This document shows positions 17,825 through 28,400 of a stretch of 55,221 bases of DNA, in pieces (position 1 is the first letter of the stretch; each line of letters starts with the position of its first letter). The translations under genes were made by a program, and so were the position numbers. The stretch comes from an uncultured Bacteroidales bacterium (GTDB lineage Bacteria; Bacteroidota; Bacteroidia; Bacteroidales; DTU049): NCBI GenBank assembly GCA_964551645.1, contig CAZKDV010000004.1, positions 1 to 55,221 of the forward strand. Reading direction: 5' to 3'. The notes below the pieces were generated by a model. It saw nothing but the letters and a program-made list of their open reading frames with translations, searched no databases and was not told the origin of the DNA.

Positions 17825-19576
17825 ATGGCAAAGAAATTATTGATACGCGATTTAACACTCCGAGACGGACAACAATCTCTTTTGGCTACCAGAATGACGC
17901 AAGAACAAATTGACAAGACATTGCCATTTTATAAAGACGCACATTTTTACGCCATGGAAGTTTGGGGTGGTGCTGTTCCAGATTCAGTTATGAGATACCT
18001 AAAGGAAGATCCTTGGGTTCGTTTACAAAAAATAAAAGAAGCAGTTGGCAATACTTCCAAACTTACTGCTTTGTCAAGAGGAAGAAATCTTTTTGGGTAC
18101 AATCCGTATCCCGAAGAGGTTATAGAAGGATTTAATAGGCTTTCTGTTCAAGCAGGAGTTGATGTAATGCGAATTTTTGATGCTTTAAATGATACAAGTA
18201 ATTTGGCATCAACCATAAAATATGTAAAGGAAAATAATGGTATTGCTGACGGAGCTGTTTGTTATACTGTTGACCCTAAACTGCAAGATGAAAAAAGATT
18301 TTTTGGTTTGATAAGGAAACAAAGGCATTTTGAACCACTTTTTACGGTTGACTATTTTGTGGAAAAAGCAAAGATTATTGAAGGTCTTGGCGCTGACATG
18401 ATTACGCTTAAAGATATGGCTGGTCTTGTTCCGCCTAAGCAAACAAGTGAGATAATAAAACGATTTAAGCAAGAATTGAAGGTTCCGATTAACTTTCATA
18501 CTCATTGTACTCCGGGTTTTGGTCTTGCTTCTGTTTTAACAGCAATTACAAGTGGCATTGATATTATTGATACTAATATTTGGTATTTTGCTGGAGGACC
18601 GGCAGCACCTGCATTTGAAATTATTTATTTGTTCTGCAAAAAGTTAGGAATTGATACAGGTGTCAACATTGAAGCAGTATCTCAAATAAATGCTCAATTA
18701 CTTGATATAAGGAGGGAATTGTCATCTTTTGACAATTATCCGTTGCCTGCTCAATTTGATGTTACCAAAGATACACTTCCATCGTCTGTAGAAAAGTTGT
18801 TTGATGCTGCAATTGAGGCAAGTTTGAAAATGGACGAGGCAGAATTGTTGAGAACAACACAAGCTATTGAAGCACATTTCGGATTTCCACCGCCTAATGA
18901 AAAAGTAAGAGATGCCGAAATTCCGGGCGGAATGTATTCAAATATGGTTGCACAACTTAAACAACTCGGACTTGAAGGCTTGATGGAAAAAGTTTTGGAA
19001 ACTGTGCCACAAGTAAGAATTGATGCGGGTTGTCCACCTTTGGTTACTCCAACAAGCCAAATAGTTGGAGTTCAGTCGGTAAACTGTGTTATTGACGAAA
19101 GCAAAAGTTTACCAAGATATACCAATAACAGCACTCAGTTTGTAAATCTTGTTAAAGGTAACTATGGAAAAACTCCTATGCCGATAAATCCTTTGTTCAG
19201 AAAGAAAATTACCGGAAGCGAGGAGGAAGTTCCGTATGACACAAGTACTTACAAAAAGCAAAACAATCCGAGTTTTTCCGAATATGGAAATGCTAAATTA
19301 GCCGACAACGAAAAAGAAGAATTGCTGTTAGAATTGTTTCCGACAGTTGCCGAAGCGTATTTGAAAGAAAAAATTCAAGTAAGTTTTGAAACTGCAAGAA
19401 ATGAGAAGATAAGAATAGAAGAAGAGGCATATTTGCAAGCAAAATTGGAATATAATTCAAAGAGCGAAGAAGAAAAGAAAGAACGACTGCTTGAAGGCTT
19501 GTATTTGTACAATTGGCATTCGTTTATGCCAGAAAAAGAAGAGAAGTCGGCAGAGCCAGAATTGAAAGAAGAGTAG
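17825..19576 (+). CDS. oxaloacetate decarboxylase alpha / transcarboxylase 5S-type carboxyltransferase, without a biotinyl domain
   Basis: MAKKLLIRDLTLRDGQQSLLATRMT..., HTHCTPGFG, PGGMYSNMVAQLK are OadA/PycB/5S signatures. No (A/V)MKM biotinylation motif is present, and the C-terminus is E/K-rich. Start moved from track 17771 (TTG) to ATG 17825. Confidence 0.85.
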   Translation: MAKKLLIRDLTLRDGQQSLLATRMTQEQIDKTLPFYKDAHFYAMEVWGGAVPDSVMRYLKEDPWVRLQKIKEAVGNTSKLTALSRGRNLFGYNPYPEEVIEGFNRLSVQAGVDVMRIFDALNDTSNLASTIKYVKENNGIADGAVCYTVDPKLQDEKRFFGLIRKQRHFEPLFTVDYFVEKAKIIEGLGADMITLKDMAGLVPPKQTSEIIKRFKQELKVPINFHTHCTPGFGLASVLTAITSGIDIIDTNIWYFAGGPAAPAFEIIYLFCKKLGIDTGVNIEAVSQINAQLLDIRRELSSFDNYPLPAQFDVTKDTLPSSVEKLFDAAIEASLKMDEAELLRTTQAIEAHFGFPPPNEKVRDAEIPGGMYSNMVAQLKQLGLEGLMEKVLETVPQVRIDAGCPPLVTPTSQIVGVQSVNCVIDESKSLPRYTNNSTQFVNLVKGNYGKTPMPINPLFRKKITGSEEEVPYDTSTYKKQNNPSFSEYGNAKLADNEKEELLLELFPTVAEAYLKEKIQVSFETARNEKIRIEEEAYLQAKLEYNSKSEEEKKERLLEGLYLYNWHSFMPEKEEKSAEPELKEE

Positions 19577-19627
19577 TAGCAGTATTTTTTTGAGAATCGG
19601 ACATCGATTGAAGATATAGCTATATTT

Positions 19628-20002
19628 TTATTTTTCTTTAAATAAGTCAATTTGTCTTCTATCTTTTTTGGTTGGTCTACCTAAGCCGCGAGGTCTAATT
19701 TCTTGTTTTGGTGAATTTGCCATTTCTTTTTTCAGCAATTCATCTTCAGGAGTAATATCATCGAAAAGTGTGTTGGCTATTGCCGCTCCAACTCTTTTGT
19801 CAATCAATGAATTTACTTTTATAAGTCGCTTATATCCGTGAAAATTGATTGTTATAATATCTCCAATGCACACTTCTTTGGCAGGTTTTGCAACTATATC
19901 ATTGATGCTGATTCTTCCGTTTTGACATGCTTCCGAAGCAAGTGAACGAGTTTTGTAAATACGAATTGAAAATAAGTATTTATCAATTCTAACTTTTGTC
20001 AT
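19628..20002 (-). CDS. S4-domain RNA-binding protein (Hsp15/HslR-like)
   Basis: [44 protein letters not shown] is an S4 fold signature. Its ATG overlaps the der stop (ATGA). Confidence 0.8.
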   Translation of the reverse strand: MTKVRIDKYLFSIRIYKTRSLASEACQNGRISINDIVAKPAKEVCIGDIITINFHGYKRLIKVNSLIDKRVGAAIANTLFDDITPEDELLKKEMANSPKQEIRPRGLGRPTKKDRRQIDLFKEK

Positions 20003-21306
20003 TTTTCTCTAAAATAAATTGTTATCGGCACTCCCGAAAAATTGTATAATTTCCTAATTTGATTTTCCACAAATCTTTTATACGGTTCTTTAATGTATTG
20101 AGGCAGATTGCAGAAAAATACAAAAGCAGGATAGCGAGTCGGAAGTTGGGTTATATATTTTATTTTAACCAATTTCCCTTTGTGCATAGGAGGTGGATTT
20201 TGATGTACTATTGGCAAAATTGTATCATTTAATTTACTTGTCGGAATGCGTTGAGTTCTGTTTTTATGCACTTCAATAGTCTTTTCAAGTGCTTTAAATA
20301 TTCTTTGCTTAGTAATAGCAGAAGTAAAAATTATTGGCACATCAGAAAAAGGAGCTATTCTTTGAAGAATAATTTTTTCAAATTCCTTAACCGAATTAGT
20401 GTTTTTATCAATTAAATCCCACTTATTGACTAAAATGACCAAGCCTTTATTATTTTCTGTAATTACGCTTAAAATACTCAAATCTTGCCTTTCAAATCCT
20501 TGTGTAGCGTCAATAATCAACATACATACATCAGAATTTTCAATTGAGCGAATTGTTCTTATATAAGAATAGTATTCTAAATCTTCTTGAATATTTTTTC
20601 GTTTTCTTAGTCCGGCTGTATCAATAAGTAGAAAATCAAATCCATATTGATTATATCTCGTATGTATGGCATCTCTTGTAGTTCCGGCAATTGAAGTTAC
20701 TATACTCCTGTCCTCTCCTGTCAAGGCATTTAGTAAAGATGATTTTCCGACATTGGGTCGCCCTACTATTGAAATTTTTGGAAATTCTTCCTCTTCTTCG
20801 GCTTGTTCAATGTCAGAAATGTGTTTCACAACTTCATCGAGCAAATCGCCGGTTCCTGAGCCATTTATTGCAGAAATGGGGTAAATAGTTTCAAATCCTA
20901 AGGAATAAAATTCGGTGCTTTGCAAGTGTCTTTCGTTATTATCGGCTTTGTTGGCAACCACAAACACGGGTTTATCCACTTTTCGCAAGATATGAGCCAT
21001 TTCTTCGTCGTATGGTGTAATTCCGGTAGTAACATCAACTAAAAAAATCACAACATCAGCTTCTTCAATAGCCAATTCGACTTGTTTTTTTATTTCAACA
21101 TCAAAAAAATCATCTGAATCTTTGACATATCCGCCTGTATCAACAACAGAAAACTCAATTCCGTTCCAATCGGATTTTCCATAAATGCGGTCTCTTGTTA
21201 CTCCGCTTGTGCTGTCTTCAATAGAAACACGCTTTCCCACAAGTCTGTTAAAAAAAGTTGATTTTCCAACATTTGGTCTTCCAACTATTGCAATAATATT
21301 TTTCAT
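19999..21306 (-). CDS. der: ribosome-biogenesis GTPase Der (EngA), double G-domain
   Basis: Two G-domains ([14 protein letters not shown]...DTGG...NKAD and [14 protein letters not shown]...DTAG...NKWD) plus a KH-like C-terminus. Confidence 0.95.
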   Translation of the reverse strand: MKNIIAIVGRPNVGKSTFFNRLVGKRVSIEDSTSGVTRDRIYGKSDWNGIEFSVVDTGGYVKDSDDFFDVEIKKQVELAIEEADVVIFLVDVTTGITPYDEEMAHILRKVDKPVFVVANKADNNERHLQSTEFYSLGFETIYPISAINGSGTGDLLDEVVKHISDIEQAEEEEEFPKISIVGRPNVGKSSLLNALTGEDRSIVTSIAGTTRDAIHTRYNQYGFDFLLIDTAGLRKRKNIQEDLEYYSYIRTIRSIENSDVCMLIIDATQGFERQDLSILSVITENNKGLVILVNKWDLIDKNTNSVKEFEKIILQRIAPFSDVPIIFTSAITKQRIFKALEKTIEVHKNRTQRIPTSKLNDTILPIVHQNPPPMHKGKLVKIKYITQLPTRYPAFVFFCNLPQYIKEPYKRFVENQIRKLYNFSGVPITIYFREK

Positions 21307-21309
21307 AGA

Positions 21310-22185
21310 TTATTTTTGATATCCTAATTTTTTTAATATTTCGGCATTATTACGCCAATTTTTCACAACACGAACAGTAAGTTCGAGATGAACTTTTGTT
21401 CCTATATAATCTTCTATCATTTTTCTTGACTTAATGCCAAGTTGCTTAATTGCACTCCCGTTTTTGCCAAGCAAAATCATTTTTTGAGATTCGCGTTCTA
21501 CAAGTAAATATGCTTTTATTATGGTCAAATTTTCGGTTTCTTTATATTGCTCAATCAACACTTCGGAAGAATAAGGTATTTCTTTTTTATACAGTAAAAA
21601 TAACTGTTCGCGAATCATTTCGGCAATAAAAAAGCGCAAGTTTCTATCCGAAATGTCATCTTTTGGAAAATAAGGCGGATGTTTGGGCAAAATTGTTTTT
21701 AACAAAGGAATGATCCTGTCAGTATTAAATTTGTGCAAAGCCGAAATTATGTAAACATGTTGAGAGTTAAACTCACTCACAAGCCACTCTGAATATGACT
21801 GCAATTTATCAACAGAGCTTAAATCTGCTTTATTTACGAAAATAAATAATGGTTTGTTTTGTTTTTTTATAGTATCGCCTAAAACTCCAAAATCTTTTAC
21901 ATCGGGTTCAGTGATAAACATAAGAGCATCAGCATCTTCGAATACATTCAATACGGTGTCGTTCATTTTTTTGTGCAGGGCATAAAAAGGAGTTTCAATA
22001 TATCCGGGAGTATCGCTAAACACAATTTGAGTATCTTCATCATTATATATTCCTAAAATTCGATGTCTTGTTGTTTGTACTTTTGGAGTAACTATCACAA
22101 GTTTTTCACCTATTAAGGCATTAAGCAAAGTGGATTTTCCGACATTAGAAAAGCCAATAATATTAATAAATCCAGCTTTGTGCAT
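21310..22185 (-). CDS. era: GTPase Era
   Basis: MHKAGFINIIGFSNVGKSTLLNAL...DTPG...NKADL plus a KH domain C-terminus. Start moved from track 22245 to ATG 22185, because the extension runs into the promoter/tRNA region. Confidence 0.93.
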   Translation of the reverse strand: MHKAGFINIIGFSNVGKSTLLNALIGEKLVIVTPKVQTTRHRILGIYNDEDTQIVFSDTPGYIETPFYALHKKMNDTVLNVFEDADALMFITEPDVKDFGVLGDTIKKQNKPLFIFVNKADLSSVDKLQSYSEWLVSEFNSQHVYIISALHKFNTDRIIPLLKTILPKHPPYFPKDDISDRNLRFFIAEMIREQLFLLYKKEIPYSSEVLIEQYKETENLTIIKAYLLVERESQKMILLGKNGSAIKQLGIKSRKMIEDYIGTKVHLELTVRVVKNWRNNAEILKKLGYQK

Positions 22186-22215
22186 TTTTTTTGCTTTTAA
22201 ATGAAAAATTATTTG

Positions 22216-22231
22216 TACTTTTGCAAAAGTA
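22216..22231. promoter_or_regulatory. palindromic double -7 box TACTTTTGCAAAAGTA (TAnnTTTG on both strands)
   Basis: Perfect 16-nt palindrome. The + strand copy (22216-22223) lies 25 nt before the tRNA. The - strand copy (22231-22224) lies 39 nt before the era ATG. Confidence 0.5.
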
Positions 22232-22247
22232 AATAAAAAAATCATAT

Positions 22248-22319
<72 letters not shown>

Positions 22320-22336
22320 CTAAGAAAACTTGTAAG

Positions 22337-22363
22337 AAATCTGTAGAAATACAGATTTTTTTT
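22337..22363 (+). terminator. rho-independent terminator after the tRNA
   Basis: AAATCTGTA-GAAA-TACAGATTT followed by a T-run. Confidence 0.7.
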
Positions 22364-22452
22364 ATTTATATTAGCCCTTTGCTTACTTAATGACAAAATA
22401 TATTTTTTTTAGATAAAATAAGTTATTTTTGCTAATTAAGGTTAAAAAAACT

Positions 22453-22460
22453 TAATTTTG
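22453..22460 (+). promoter_or_regulatory. Bacteroidota-type -7 box TAATTTTG
   Basis: 40 nt upstream of ATG 22500. A second TATTTTTG lies at 22424-22431. Confidence 0.45.
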
Positions 22461-22499
22461 CATGTATAAAAAATCATTAAAATTTTAAATATTATTTAT

Positions 22500-25400
22500 A
22501 TGAAAACAATAGGCAAATTGTTTGGTTTTATGCAATTTTTAATAATTGCTATGCTCTTTAGCGGAGTTTTTTCTTTTGCGTATGGGCAATATTCAGGTAT
22601 TGGAACATTTAACAAAATAACTTCTCTTACTGATTTAACAGATGGTTATTATGTAATTGTTAATAGTGGAGATGCTTCTTTTGCAATGAATAATACCCAT
22701 AATGGAACATTTTTAGCCAACACATCTGTAACACCATCAAGTGGCAAAATAACAAATCCATCACCTTCAATCGTTTGGAAAATTGAAACAAATGGGAGTG
22801 GGCGTACAATTTATAATGAAACAACTAAAAAGTATGTATCATACACTGGCTCAAGCAATAATGTGCAAGTGGTTGATGCTGTTTCTACTGATAATCAAAG
22901 ATGGACTATTACTTATGGCTCTAATGTGTTTACATTTAAAAATGTTGCTATTAACACTAGAATGTTACAATACAATACTAGTTCACCTAGATTTGTTTGT
23001 TATCAAGCTTCTTCTAACCAGCAAAATCTATTATTATACAAAATGGTTGCTGCTACTCCAACAATAAATCTTTCATCTCCTTCGCAAACGGCTGCTGCGG
23101 ATATTACACAAAGCTCAAACAATAATATTATATCTCACTTTCAGGCTGCTATTACTACTACTGACGCAACATTAAATTCATTACAATTTACTACAACTGG
23201 TACCTATCAAGCAAGTGATATAAATGGCAATTTCAAACTTTATTATAGCACATCATCTACATTTGGCAGTGCCACTCAATTAGCCACAGTTGCTTCGGGA
23301 GTTGCTGGCGCATTTACATTTACTGGTCTTTCTAAAGCCATAGTTAGCGGAACTACTGGATATTTTTGGATTTTACTTGATGCCTCAGCAACATCAGGTG
23401 GAAACAGAACTCTGACAGTTTCGGCTAATCCAACGCTTACATTTGCAAGCGGAACACCAACAGGAACAATTACAGCAGGCGGACAAAAGACATTTAAAAC
23501 TCCAACAACACCAACAATTACAGTTGGAAGTATTGCTGCATTTGGAAATATTTGTATTAACACAACATCAGATAAATCATATGCAGTTTCAGGAATTAAT
23601 CTTGTTGAAAACATCATCATAACTTCTCCATCAGGGTATCAAATTAAAACAGGTGCTGGTTCTTGGGGAACAAGTTTAACGCTTGTTCAATCAGGAGGTA
23701 CCATTAATAGTACAACTATTGATGTGCGTTTTGCTCCAACATCTGTTCAGTCATATAGCGGAAATATTACACACACAAGTAGTGGAGCAACTCAAAGCAA
23801 TGTTGCAGTTAGTGGTGCTGGGGTTAATACCCCTCCTTCTGTTACAACTGTTACAGCTACAAGCATAACATCAGAAAGTGCTAAATCAGGAGGTAGTAAT
23901 ATTGATGCAGGTTGTGGTACTATTTCAGTTAAGGGTGTAGTTTGGGGAACTTCAGCAAATCCGACTGTAATTTCAAACATTGGAAAAACTGAAGATGGAA
24001 ATACAACAGCTAACTACACTAGCTCTATAACTGGACTTAATGCAAATACTTTGTATCACTATCGTGCGTATGCTACTAATAACGATGGAACGACAAGCTA
24101 TGGAACAGACTTAACATTTACCACTTTAAAAAATGTCCCAACAACACAGGCTTCAAACATCACATTTTCATCAGTTGATGTTTCGTCTATGAACATTAAT
24201 TGGACATCAGGAAATGGCGATAAGAGAATAGTTGTTATCAATACGACAAATTCGTTCACTAATCCGACTGACGAAACTGACCCAATTGCAAATGCTACAT
24301 ATTCGGGCTCGGGACAGCAAGTGGTGTACAATGGCAACGGTAACATTGTTACCGTAACAGGCTTGTCGCAAAAAACAACCTATTGGTTTAGAGTGTATGA
24401 ATATAACAACACAGGAACTAACACCAAATATTTAATTTCAACAGCAATAAACAATCCCAATAGCGAGCAAACAATTGATGGACCATGTGCAACTGAAAAT
24501 TTTGACAATTTGCCAACAACCAATGGAAGCACATATACATATCGTTCATGGACAGGCACAGACGGTGTAACATGGACAGCTGAAGGAGCACGAACAGATG
24601 AAAAGATTGATGGTAGCATGGCAATTTGCTTTGGAGGATCAGGAACCAAAAAGCTTAATTCTCCCACATACACAGGTGGAATGGGTAAACTGACCTTTAA
24701 ATATGTTAGAGCTTTTACAGGAACAGGAACAAGAGCGTTAGAAGTGTGGGTTAATAGCAATAAAATAGATGATATTACAGTTAATGCATCTTCAGATGTA
24801 GTTGTACTTTATTCTAAAGATATTAACATTGGAGGCAATGTTGAACTTGAAATTAAGAGCACAGGAGCTCAAGTAAAAATTGATGATATTAGCTGGGCTT
24901 GCTACGAAGATACACCAATATCAGAAATGGTGGTAAAAGGCAATTCAACAATTATTGCAAATGGCGACAACACTCCATCATTAACAGATCATACTAATTT
25001 TGGCAATATTGAGGCTGCTTTGGGTACAATAGTTAGAACATTTACAATAGACAATATCGGAACAGGAGCTCTTAATTTAACCGGAACAAGTCCTTATGTT
25101 AGTATAAGTGGTGCACATGCAGGCGATTTTACTGTTTCACAAGCTCCGAGCACTCCAATTGCTGCAAGCAGTAGCACAACATTCAAAATTACATTTGACC
25201 CAAGTATTGTGGGAGTAAGAACGGCTGTTGTTAGCATAGCAAATAATGATTCAAATAAAAATCCTTATACATTTACTATTCAAGGAACAGGCACCAATAG
25301 CAGCTTGTCTGATATTATTGAAGATAATACTATATATACTTCAAATATTGACTATACTTTATATCAAGCCGAAACAATCACCAATACTTCTCACAGTGTA

Positions 25401-28400
25401 AGTGTAATGCGATTTACAATCAGAGATGGAGGTGAAGGTAGTGATAGCGATAATTTAGGTACAGAATTAAATGGAATTACTTTTTCTGTTACAAATATAG
25501 ATAATATTCGTAGTGCTGCTTTGTTTGATGTAAACACTATGCTTGCAAATAATCCTACAATTAATTATTCTGCTGGAACTATTACATTTAGTGGCTTGAG
25601 CGGAGCAAACTTTACAGCTCCCGATAATGGAAGTAAGTCTTTAATGTTTAGAGTTAGTTTTGACAATACAGTAACTGATAAATCGCAAATGCAATTTACT
25701 ATATCAGAAGCAAATGCAAATGTTTCCGGATCAAGTTTTGCAAGCCCAAATGCCGGTGGTGCAACTTCAAGCATAGTCGGGGATAGAAATAGAATTGAAG
25801 TAGTTGCAGATAGATTAAATTTTACACAACAACCAAGCAACACAACTGTTTTTGCAAATATGTCTCCTATTATTGTTGCAGCAGTAGATGCGAATAATAA
25901 CAGAGATATTGATTTTTCATCTAGTATTTCAATCACATCAACAGGAACTTTATCAGGAAGCCCGGTATCAAGCAATGCAGTTGGTGGATATGCAACTTTT
26001 AACGAATTAATTCATACCGTTTCTGCTACAGCTTTAAAGCTAACGGCACAAACTACTGGTTTATCTTATAGCAATTCAGTTGTTTCAAATACATTTGATG
26101 TTATTGAATTTGCTTATGTAAATGGTGATTATCGTCCATTATATGCTAATGTTGATTTATCGCATAATGGTTCATGGGAATATTTTAATGGAACAACATG
26201 GGGTGCAACACCTGGAAATTTGGCTCCTCAAAATGCAGCTACAAAGCCAAGCAGAGTAATTATTGATAAAAGCGGAATTACTGGAGGTGGTAATTCTTCC
26301 AATTCATATAATGACATTATCATAATAAATGGAGGAGAATTAATATTAGACAATAATGCTAATCCAAGTGCTGATTTTATAAGTGTAGGAAAAAAACTTG
26401 AAATTCAGGACGGTGGTGCTTTGATAGTAAACGGACAGATACGCTTCAATTCGACAGCAAATTTTATTATCAGAACAGGTGGCACACTAACACTTAACAG
26501 TAGTTCAATTGGTAACAGTCATGGATTTTGGTCTGGTATTGAAAACTTTGAAATAGGTTCAAATTTTATTGTTCTCAATCATAGAAATGATGGAGGAGGA
26601 ACATCAAGTTTAATAAACACATCATACGGTGCTATTTCAAACAATTCGGCAGGTGCTAAATTTGGAAATTTGATAATAAATTTTGCTCCGTCTCAAACTT
26701 GGGTTATTATGGGAGGTGGTGAAAATATAACTCTATGTGATAATTTGACTATTACTAATGCGGGTATAAGTCCGATAGCGATGTTTTCAAATACAAATGG
26801 ACCAGTAGTTACAATTTTAGGAGATTTTACCCATAATTTAGGTATATTAGGTCTGACTAATACATTTTCAGGCACATCAACTTCACAAACACTTCATATA
26901 AATGGCAATCTTACTTCAAATGCAGGCACACTCAAGTTATTCCATTCAGCTGGAGGCAATGCAGGCGGTATTAATGTGAATCTCAAAGGAGATCTTTCAA
27001 TTGCTTCAGGTGTAACTGTTTCTAATGATGGAATACCTGCAAATTGTAGTTTTAATTTGAACGGTACAGAATTGCAAACGCTTAATATTGCACCTAATAT
27101 TACGGGTTGGAGATTTTTTGTAAAAGAAAATGCCAGCGTTCAATTAGCAGGTAATGATATGAAATTAAACGGAAATAGTACAATAACTGTTGAAACTGGA
27201 GCAACATTTGATTTTGGATTTAATGGCACAACTGCATTAAAAGTGAATCAAGTTGGCGGAACGGGAAACAGTTTTACAACACAACAAGCTAGTACATTAA
27301 TTATTACATCTCCAAATGGAATTTCAGGAGTTACAGGAGGATTAGGCAATGTTGAAGGTATTCCTACCGCAAATAGGATATTTAATCAACTTGCAACATT
27401 CCACTATAAAGGAAAAGAAAATCAAATTACTGGAAATGGCTTGACAAACGCTTCAAACGGAAAAATATTGATAGTTGAGCTATATAATAACGATATTTCG
27501 TTAACATTAACCAACGGAACAGGAATAACAAACAATACTACACTTAGTCCTGATGGAGGACGACTTGAAATTAAAAAAGGTATTCTTGTATCTGATGCTA
27601 CAGCTCCTATTTCAAGTACGGGCAAATTAATTATGTCTGATGGTACATATAAAATTGCTGAATTAACAACAGTTCCGCAATTAACAGGTACTTATGATAT
27701 TAGCGGAGGGACGATTGAACTTAATGGAGGAGAAGGCACTCAAACACTTAGAGCTGGAAAAGACTATTATAGCTTAACATTTAGCGGTGGCGGAACGAAA
27801 CTTACAAGTAGTGCAATAACAAATATTGGAGATAATAATAATGTAAATCAAGGTCTTGTTACAATTAAAGATGACAGCACTATACTCGATGTAGGAAGCT
27901 CAACATTTAGCGGTAATGCCGGACTAAATATGACTGATAATTCAAGATTTAGGATGAAAACTTTAAATCAAACATTACCTCAATTATTAGGCGATTACGA
28001 GTTAGTAGGTGGTACAATTGAATTGTATGGAACAAGTTCTTCTCAAACACATTCAATCAAAGGCGGTGTTACATATTACAATGTTGATATTAATGCTGAA
28101 GAAGCTAATATTAATGCAACTTATGCAAATGTTGTTGCAAGTTCAAGTTTTGCAGTTAATGGGACTATGTCTGTTAATAATCCTGCTTGTTTTAGAATAA
28201 GTGCAAATTATAATATTAGCGGTTTAGGTTCATTTATTGTGCAAGATGGTGCAACTTTCAAATATGCTCATGTTGATGGTATTTCATATATTGAAAATGT
28301 AGGAAATATTAGAACGGCAAATAAACAATTCTCATCTGAAGCAAGTTATGGATTTAGCGGATCGGTAAGTCAATATGCAGGAGATGGATTACCTACTCAG

